From the NCBI GenBank assembly GCA_963693365.1, contig CAVNZM010000002.1:6213943-6277942 (forward strand): a stretch of 64,000 bases of DNA, written 5' to 3'. Source of the DNA: Amoebidium appalachense (lineage: Eukaryota; Protista; Ichthyosporea). The notes below the pieces were generated by a model that worked only from the letters and a program-made list of their open reading frames with translations, did not search any database and had not been told where the DNA came from. Below are positions 54,635 through 64,000 of this stretch, piece by piece (position 1 is the first letter of the stretch; every line of letters begins with the position of its first letter). Made by a program: the position numbers and the translations under genes.

Positions 54635-55972
54635 TCACAAGGCACCCGTATACACGGGCACTATAGGCCTAGTCCCAATTAATCTCTGTCCCAGCCCATC
54701 CCCCAACATTATTCCACCAAAACCGACAACATTCTGCCTCCTCACCGCACGTGCACCCAATCTACGCGGATCCATGGGCCCCACACTAATGCCCATGCGT
54801 GTCATGTGGTCGTGCAGCAGCGCATTGTATCCCTCTGCCTCCTGTAGACGGGCCACAAGCGATGAGTTGAGTGCCTCTAGGTGCCGGATGCGGTCTTCCA
54901 TCGTCTTGAGGTGCTCTTTTTTCTTGCGTCGTGCCTCTTTGGCCATCAGACGGTTTTTTTCTGTGAAGAAGAACAACCGTGACATTAGTTTTCTGGTTTA
55001 TATTTGGACATCATACATACCATTGGTTTTGAGCATTACACATGGCAACACATTAATAATATATCGTCCCACCGACACTGCCCAAAAGCCACTTCTCTAT
55101 GCACCTCCTTAAACTGTAAACCCAATTTGCCCTGAATAATAATGTCTTCTGCGACATCGCCGTCGATCACCAGTTTAACAAGTTGAAATTTTTATTCTTC
55201 CGGCCACCACCCGTGCACCCTCCCCACGCCCACTGAGGCAGGCACTCACCTAGGCGGGCCTCCAGCTTGTGCAGCTCATCCTTACTGAGATTCATTTTGA
55301 GAATCTCCTCTGCAGCCGCCGTGGCCCCGTCACCAAGAAGACTACCGGGCGCATCATCACTGCTTGCAGCCCCATCGCCCACATGAATGCTATTATTACT
55401 GTTGGTGTTCTCTGTGCTGGTGGTACGCTGCAGAGCATACTTGACTGCAGCGGCGGTCATTGTGTTGCGGCGCCTTTTTCCTGTTGCTGTGCCTGTGCTC
55501 ACAGTACGCCTTAGGCATCGTCATTCGCCGAGGAACCCCTTTTCTTGGCTGCATGCGCACGAATGCCTGCAGCAGAGCCAGAAAACATGTGTCCTAGCTC
55601 GTTGTCGGTGCACACGCTATCATGGCTAGGTGTTCGTCTGTACGTGTGATTAGGGATTGGGGAGTCATAATGTGCACTAAGTGACCTGTGTAATTGCAAA
55701 ATATCTATACTGTTGCATAGTGCTGGGCTCGAGCTGAGCTGTGAGGGGTGCATGGGTGCTGGGGGAGTGGTGGCCTCTGCGAGCATGTTCTGTGCCTGTA
55801 ATATGGTATAGTCTGAGGTGTTTAAAAGCGACTCTAGCCATTCCCCTTCATCACGTATTGTGTCCATTGCAGTGGGAAGGCTGCTAATTGTGAGCTCTGG
55901 AAAGCCCATTGGTTGTTCGTAGCTCATTGCCATCATTTTCGACCACTGGGTACATAGTTCAGACTGCCCCAT
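54635..55972 (-). CDS. CREB/ATF-like bZIP transcription factor (~350 aa, 2 exons, apparent 1-nt frameshift near 55514)
   Basis: Exon 1 55972-55250 (donor G|GTGAGT) and exon 2 54960-54635 (acceptor TTCTTCACAG|) join to give EARLEKNRLMAKEARRKKKEHLKTMEDRIRHLEALNSSLVARL: a basic region with the invariant N and R plus a leucine zipper, closely resembling CREB (RLMKNREAARECRRKKKEYVKCLENRV). Confidence 0.85.
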
Positions 55973-56278
55973 AGGTAGCTGCTCATTATTTTATAGCAGG
56001 GCCTTCAGTCAACCCGAGCCATAGATCTGAGGAGTTCGTTACATTCCAATGTGACATTTGCTCAATCGGAACCTTCCACTAAAACCTGGAGTGAACAATT
56101 ACTGGATGCGTGGAAAGCCAATCGGCGATTTGTTTGCATGCTGCTGCTGTGGTCAACACATATATGTTACATAGGCCTAACTTAACATGTGGTTTTGTAA
56201 GCAAATCGACCATGGGAAGTCAATAATGTTATTCCGGCATTATTTTTGATTTTCACTAATTTGTTGGCATCGTTGTCT

Positions 56279-56286
56279 TGACGTCA
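56279..56286. promoter_or_regulatory. Perfect CRE palindrome TGACGTCA ~310 bp upstream of the bZIP ATG
   Basis: Motif read directly; CCAAT motifs near 56046 and 56118 lie between it and the ATG. Function is inferred. Confidence 0.5.
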
Positions 56287-58694
56287 TTTGCGTGTCTATT
56301 TGCGTAGGTACGAGCCCGGGGTGGGCTCTTCGGGACGGATCCGGATTGCCGTCCTACCCTGTCCTACCCATGGCCATGACTTGAGCATATGATCACAACA
56401 TGTACACAAGCGAACAAAAGAACTGCAATACTATTAAAGATGAAAAGGCTTTAATGGGCAACGCTTTAATGGGCGACAATTGAAACAGAAAAAGTCGAGG
56501 ACACCTTAATTACGTTTTCAGCCTTGAACATTTGCAAGTCGTGGTCACATGATTCCATGATGAAGGTTCGTTCATATTGTGCATCGATATCTTTTCGACT
56601 TCGAACATGCTGCAGTTTTCTCGAGCCTGCGCGCGGCCGCCTGATGGGCTACCGTACATACATACTTGAGAGCCCGTTTGTGAATAAGATTTGGCAGGCA
56701 ACTTTGTCATTTGCCGGGTGGCTTTTTGAAGCTTCGCTGGTCCAGTGCTCGCAGTGCTGGTCAGTTGTCTGTCAGTGGTCAGTGGTCACTGCTTTTCAAA
56801 ATGTGCGCAAGAATGTAGTCACTCTGAGTGCTGTCTCCCTGCGGCCTCTCCTTCTTCTCCTTATTTTTTTTTTTTCTTATGTTGCCGCAGGCCCGCAGCG
56901 TAGTAGGGCCCAGCCACTTACGTAAGCCAGCGGGTACAAAAAAGCCTTGGCCCAACTAGCAAGAATGCATGCATGTCACGCGGCGCACATACCCAGTGTG
57001 CAACGCCGATGAAGTTCTATGGCATGGCTCTAATCGAGAGACTTGTGTTTTTAGAAAGGAAGAAGTCATTATAGCTGGAGAAATGGTCAGAAAATGTTCG
57101 TCGGTACCATTTTTTCCTTGCTTTTCTCTTTCTTTGTTCGAAATCCTTGTAATTATTCACCGGGTTTGTATTTGCCTTTCTAAAATCAAGCAAAAAGAGG
57201 GTTTTTAGTTGTCCAATCGGAACCGTGCCGTGGGCCGTGTCATGGCACCCATGGGCGGCCGTTCCTGAGTGTGCCCACCGGCCGGTCCCGGGAGTGCCGG
57301 CACACACACAGTAGCAGGGTGCCAGCTTGGCCTGAGCCGCATATATAGTTTTGACCTTTCTCCTAATTTTTCAATTGATCAATGCTTTTTGCTTCTGGTT
57401 TTGTAAGACTTTGATTCTTTTTAGAGTTTTGTGCGTATTTCAACCTCACCAGCAGTTTTAGGCAGGCACTAAACGTGTTGTCATAGAAGAGGGACTGGGT
57501 ATTCACTTTGTCGTTCAGCCAGGGCCAGCAGAAGGCCCGATTGGTTGTGAGCGCATCGTCAAAGTTGTAAACAAATGCGCTAATTGGTTTATGATCATGC
57601 GCTACATTTGATTGGCCCGAATTGAACACAGCATGGGTTTGATTGGTCGATCTTGCACCGCCAAAAGCAGAGTCGGCAGAGGACGAGTTGCCTAGTTGCC
57701 TAGCTGGGCCCGGCCAGTTGGTGAAAACGAGTCGGGATACGGGGTTGGTTTTCTTTTTGCAGTCACCTCACGAGCCACGAATTCCCGGCATTTATTGATT
57801 TCAGAAGTCACAGTAATTGTGGTCATTAGCCTATGGACCACTTTGGATCTATAATAGGCCGATCTGTGGAATGCGGCTCTGGAGCCATAGGGCCTTCCCG
57901 TGTGCAGACTGCGCAGCCGCGTTTTCCGTGCGAAACTTACAACACCTACAAGAACTGAAGCGACTCTATCTAACCTACTTTAAGCTAGTATAAGCGCACT
58001 TTTAGAGTAGTGAGTAATTGTATATGACACAAATAACAACAGTTTAAAATATTGGTTAAACAATCAAAAGCCCCGCACGCACATGCCCGCTCATCAGTAG
58101 AGCTGCAGTCTACCTCCGGAGCCTAGATCTGTGGACGTGGTGGTATGGTGTGTGGTTCACGGAACTATGGTTAGAAGACGCCGTGACGTGGCCCAGTAGA
58201 GTGAAAAAAGAACCTATAAGAGCCAAAGGTTATGCAGAGACCACTTTAACCCGGTCACTGCAACTTTTTTTGTGTCATCGACAACAAGCCACTACACCTC
58301 AAACCTGTTACGGTAACCGGAGCTTGTCCCACTGTACGCCCGTTCTAGAAGGTGCAAACAGTGGGGTTTTGGTGCTACCACTCAGAAGAAGCCAAATAAA
58401 CATGACTTGGTTGTTCAGGCATAGGCTCAAGTTTGTCCCACCCCCATCATGCTCAACTTATACACTGCCCATAACCACCCACCTGCCCGCCCCTGACTGC
58501 ATGGGAAGGCCCGCCCGTACTAGTCCCCCCTCTACACAACTAACTTAGGCAAGAACACCGGGCCGTAAGAAACACACACACACATACAAACAAAAATACA
58601 CACAAACACACACGCACACACGCACACACGCACACACGCACACACACATGTCGTACACACACACACACACACAGACACACACACACACCAGAGT

Positions 58695-58736
<42 letters not shown>

Positions 58737-58745
58737 ACGAGAGAG

Positions 58746-58812
<67 letters not shown>

Positions 58813-58971
58813 CCGTGACACACACACACACATAAACACACAAATAACTACATGTAAACAAGGCAGCTTGACCTCGCTCACTTCAACACTTCTTACACAG
58901 ATCTGTTACCTTCTCCATATCGACCCCACCTTCCCCAGCCGCCCCACCCAAACCCCACTTTTGCCCGCCAG

Positions 58972-59004
<33 letters not shown>

Positions 59005-59248
59005 TTTCCGAAGTTCCTTATGCCTTCCTTCCTCCCCCTTCCTCCCTCCCCCACCACCACCTCCCTCCCTAGGCACCTACAAGAGAGGCGGGGCAACAAG
59101 GTGCCCCTGGCGAGGGGAGGGGAAAGAGGGAGGGGGGGGGGGGGGGGGGAAGGGTCCCGGGAGGGAAGGCTAGGAAGAGGACCGTGAGAGCATAACAACG
59201 TACACCTTCACTGACGTCGACATACACTCACACCTGAACGCGTGCGCG

Positions 59249-59289
<41 letters not shown>

Positions 59290-59293
<4 letters not shown>

Positions 59294-59356
59294 ACATACA
59301 GACAAACACGTGACACATACTCTAACAAACACCCACCCACGGGATTGAAACACACA

Positions 59357-59419
<63 letters not shown>

Positions 59420-59484
59420 ACACACACAGACAAACACACGACACATACTCTAACAAACACCCACCCACCGGATTGCAACACACA

Positions 59485-59495
<11 letters not shown>
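59290..59495. repeat. Two copies (period ~127 bp) of a unique core embedded in (CA)n
   Basis: GACAAACAC..GACACATACTCTAACAAACACCCACCCAC.GGATTG.AACACACACAAAC at ~59301 and ~59429. Confidence 0.85.
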
Positions 59496-59575
<80 letters not shown>

Positions 59576-59775
59576 CACACACACACACACACTTGACACA
59601 CATATACGCACACACAAAGAATACACACACAGACGTGTGCATACACACACGTGCACGCAAGGGCACACACACACACACACACAAGCATATACAGACGCCT
59701 AAGTGTACGCGTGCACAAATACACACGCAAACGTGACACAATCACTCACACACACACAAACACACACACACACAC

Positions 59776-59893
<118 letters not shown>

Positions 59894-61450
59894 CTCTCCC
59901 TCTCTCTCTCTCTGTCTGTCTCATCTTAATGTCACACACAGTACACACACATGCGCAATACACACACACACTTACCCTGTGTAACAAACGACACACTGGC
60001 ACAGTATATTAACCGGCCTCTTTTGGTGCAGTGGCGGTTTGCAAACACGCACGGTCCGGGTTAGTGCTAGCCCAAGACAACGTAACGTTAGATATAATTA
60101 GCAGCTTCTGCGCAGATCTTGTGTAGGGAGAGAACAGACGGGTAGATGTACAAAGACTTAGAATAGAAAGAGAGCTGCCGGGTTTGCATTTCTTTTATCC
60201 GTGAGCAAGAGAAAGAAAAACAATACAGTTAAGTAGCAAGCATCTAATTCGACTTGTTTCATGTTAGTGGCAGTACATAGTGGGCTCGTACCGATACTAG
60301 TGCTACCTCTGCACACTGCACTGTGCAACAAAACACGTTGCACTCAAGTGACCTTTGGATGCAAGGGATACTTGACGAGACGATATATGCAACAAGTAAT
60401 TTATTACAAAAAGAACAACAGGGTGTCTGTCAGAGTCTGCTGGTTGCGTTGGACGGTGTGGAAAACAGTCATGATGTGTTTTCGACCGAAACGCCTTCCC
60501 GTTGTCTGTATGTGTATGGTTGACAGGGCATTCCACAAAAAGGTGGACTGAATGATCACGCTGTACGTGTGTATAATGTTCACACGCCATGCCTACTCTA
60601 CCCCCAGAGAGTGCATTTGGCAGAAACGCACCATGCAGGCAGTAAATGTTCAACACCCGTAGTACTTGTGCATATGTTTAACTACGGTGCATGTGTGATG
60701 CCCTCATGATCACGAATGGCTAAGAAAAACGCCCAACGCAACAAGCCTGCAAACCCCAAAATAACTAAGACGATAGAAATTATCATCTATAATAAAAAGC
60801 ATCTGTGTAGCATTTTGAGGAAAAAGCAAATATTGTTACGTAAAGGGGTTTGTCTTTGCCAGAAGTAGCTTCTACGTCGGGCAGCTGGAGCCGCTGCCAG
60901 GCAGCCCGAAAAACGACGGCCCTATGGCGGTCAACCTCGGGTGTTGGAGCGAAGCAAAAAATTGATCGATTTTTGAATAGTAGATCCAAAGTGGTCCTAG
61001 GGTCTCAGTCATCAAGGGGCTCTCCGGCTCAGGGGCTTGCCTGAATGGGTAGGGCTGCTGCGTCATTTCCGGCCGGCAGTGGCCCGTGGGTTGTGGGTCG
61101 GGTTGAGTGCGTTACTATATATACGTACATGCATATGTATATATCTTCAATTATCAAAGGATTCGGTGTGCGTATGCCGTAGGAGATATCCGAGATTTGT
61201 ACACATGGTCATCTTCATTTGTTTTCTGAGCAACTCAGTACTAATTAGTCACTGGGTCAATAATATAAACAAGTAGGTCTGTGCGCCGGCTGTCGCCGGC
61301 GCGCCAAAACATAACGAGACAGTTATTGATGTTGGGTTGTGTGGTTGTTACCTCCCCTCTCCCCTCCCCCCCCGGCCCCCCCCCCTCCCTCGCCTCACGC
61401 TCCCCCCCCCCCCCCCCCCTGGCCCCCCCGCCTCACGCTTCCTCCCCCCG

Positions 61451-61488
<38 letters not shown>

Positions 61489-61540
61489 ATCCTGCAGTTG
61501 CTGGATCTGCCAAATGTTATGACCCTTTTCCCTTTCATTT

Positions 61541-61576
<36 letters not shown>

Positions 61577-61984
61577 TCCCCCCCCCCCCCCTTTCTTGCC
61601 ACACTGTGTTATCAGTCTAGGGCCGGGAGAGATTGCCATTGCCGAAGTACCAAGTTTACTTGTGGTCCTCCAAAAACATGTAGCTGAAAACCACCAAGTG
61701 CAATATGTTCTAAATTGCTTGCAAAATTTTTATAATATTTTTATTATTTTGTTGTTTTACTTATTTTACAGAACTGTTTGGTAACCCGATGATATGCATG
61801 GACAGGCAATAAAACTTTCCACGTGCACTGAGTGCCAGGTGGGCAACATATTTCAGTGAAGTCTGGAATTGGCACCCCCCCGAAATGTTCCCGAACATAA
61901 AATCATCATTCTACGGTGTGTGTCAATATACCATGCTCACAAGTCAGTACTGCAATTATACTATTCTCAGTTTACTTCAAAGCA

Positions 61985-62023
<39 letters not shown>

Positions 62024-62479
62024 CCCATGGCATTCCCTGCCCCCCCAAAAATTTTTTTTATGCTTTTCATACTCAGTGACTGCAATCATGGCACCCGTGT
62101 TTTCTAGATATATTTCCTTTCATTGTGTTCAACGTCTATGTGTGTGTGTGTGTGTGTGTGTGTGCATGTTTGTGTGTGTGTGAATGTGTGTGTGTGGGCA
62201 AAGTGAAGGTTGTATGCGCTTTTTTCTTCTTAGTTGTTTTTGTATTCTATTCGAATATTACTTTGTGTGTAAATGTGGAAAAAAAACAAAGAAAAAAACA
62301 ACGACCACCGCCCAGCTTGAATCACCCTAGCTCTAGTGTAAAACAATAATCATTATAGTCACAAACCCTTCTACTACACTCGCCCCAAATGTCATATTCA
62401 CATTACTGAGTTGATTTAGTTGTGTGTTTAACTCTATTTTTTTCAACAACTGTCTGCTATTAAACAGTAAAATGTACAT

Positions 62480-62510
<31 letters not shown>

Positions 62511-62520
62511 CCACAGGCCG

Positions 62521-62562
<42 letters not shown>

Positions 62563-62723
62563 ATATAGAATTTACCGTCTTCATCCCCGTGTCCCCCTAA
62601 ACCGGTGTTAGCGGACCTTTGAGGTTTTTGTGATTGGATTGGTAGTTCTATTACATTAAAATGTTCAAAATGTCGTTGTACCAATGATATAATACGTTGT
62701 AAAACAAATGTCGCCGAATTTCT

Positions 62724-63430
62724 CTAAAAAAAAGTGCGTTCCATTCTGGGTTAGAAACCCAAACCGTTTTGATACGGGAATCACCTGATCTCTGCCGTCA
62801 TTCAGCCCAGCGCGTTCACAGTGAATCCGAAACCGCTGGTTTTTTTCTTTTATTTCAAAGCCCCGAGTACGTACATCCTCTCGGGCCCAACTTTACGGCA
62901 CTATATTTCAATTTTCTCATTATCAAATATATAGTTATTTTAGGCTTTTGCATTAGTATCGCAAGAATATTTAGCGATTTTGATGTCATAAAAACAACTA
63001 AGCAACGTTTCGATGGTTTTTGATGCCTCACAAAATGGCCTTAGGTCCCCTCCAAATTCCGGATTTGAGGTCCGGCACTAAAAAAGGTGCGTTCCATTCT
63101 GGGTTAGAAACGAAAACCGTTTTGATACGGGAATCACCTGATCTCTGCCGTCATTCAGCCCAGCGCGTTCACAGTAGACTCCGAAACCGCTGGTTTTTTT
63201 CTTTTATTTCAAAGCCCCGAGTACGTACATCCTCTCGGGCCCAACTTTACGGCACTATATTTCAATTTTCTCATTATCAAATATATAGTTATTTTAGGCT
63301 TTTTCATTAGTATCGCAAGAATATTTAGCGATTTTGATGTCATAAAAACAACTAAGCAACGTTTCGATGGTTTTTGATGCCTCACAAAATGGCCTTTGGT
63401 CCCCTCCAAATTCCGGATTTGAGGTCCGGC
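62724..63430. repeat. Near-identical tandem duplication, 2 x ~353 bp, AT-rich
   Basis: GTGCGTTCCATTCTGGGTTAGAAAC starts at 62734 and 63087; both units end in ...CCTCCAAATTCCGGATTTGAGGTCCGGC. Confidence 0.93.
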
Positions 63431-63493
63431 AAACAACGCATTATATATATTGTTAATATGAGGTGACGCCGGTCATATGCATCGAACCGGTAG

Positions 63494-63539
<46 letters not shown>

Positions 63540-64000
63540 ATCCTCCTCTCTCATGCTCTTCCCGCCCCATTCACTTCTTATCGAAGGCCTGATGTCAACG
63601 GCAGGCATACTATTTAGAACACTATGATATGTAGCCCTTGTCGTTGTCACGGTGGTCAGGTGGTGTGTCTGTGTGCGTGCACATTACAAACCTGCAAGTA
63701 CATGTACACGTTTGGTTGTGTGCGTGTATACGTGTGGATGTGTGCTGGTATGCACAATATGATGATAGTAAGAGTATTCATATGTAAGAGCATAACTGGA
63801 ACTCTGGGATGGAATTCTTTTCGGGGGAAATTGCATGATCCTCTGTTGGGCCACAGTGACACGTGTGTGGTCCGATTTATTTGCAAAGAATGTGTGTTGG
63901 TGCATCCTGTGTGCGTATACTGTACATATGTGTGTGTGTGTATTCGTGGTGTGTGTGTGTGTCATGATTGGGTGGTGCGGGGAGAGAGAGAGCCTCAGAG

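Overview
Intron-rich eukaryotic DNA saturated with (CA)/(GT), (GA)/(CT) microsatellites and poly-C/poly-G tracts; almost all entries in the ORF track are repeat artefacts. Manual splice-aware reading gives four main items. (1) A 42.5-kb, 63-exon + strand gene (10563-53080; 10,149-nt CDS, ~3,382 aa by my exon sum) encoding a predicted secreted protein: signal peptide, three tandem H-type-lectin-like repeats, 56 EGF domains (mostly Ca-binding type) interrupted by five copies of a three-part 6-Cys module, and a C-terminal jacalin/beta-prism-like domain, with no transmembrane helix seen. (2) A partial - strand gene (ATG 4538, running off the left edge) with a large Arg/Glu mixed-charge region. (3) A decayed THAP/P-element-like transposon patch (~4.6-7.9 kb). 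(4) A CREB/ATF-like bZIP gene (- strand, 54635-55972) with a perfect CRE upstream. Other signals: two apparently alternative 3' splice-site architectures (branch-point type versus (CA)n abutting the AG), three GC-AG introns, near-identical distant exons, an intronic MITE and other small repeat families. All domain calls are by eye and need HMM/RNA-seq confirmation; homopolymer lengths are unreliable.
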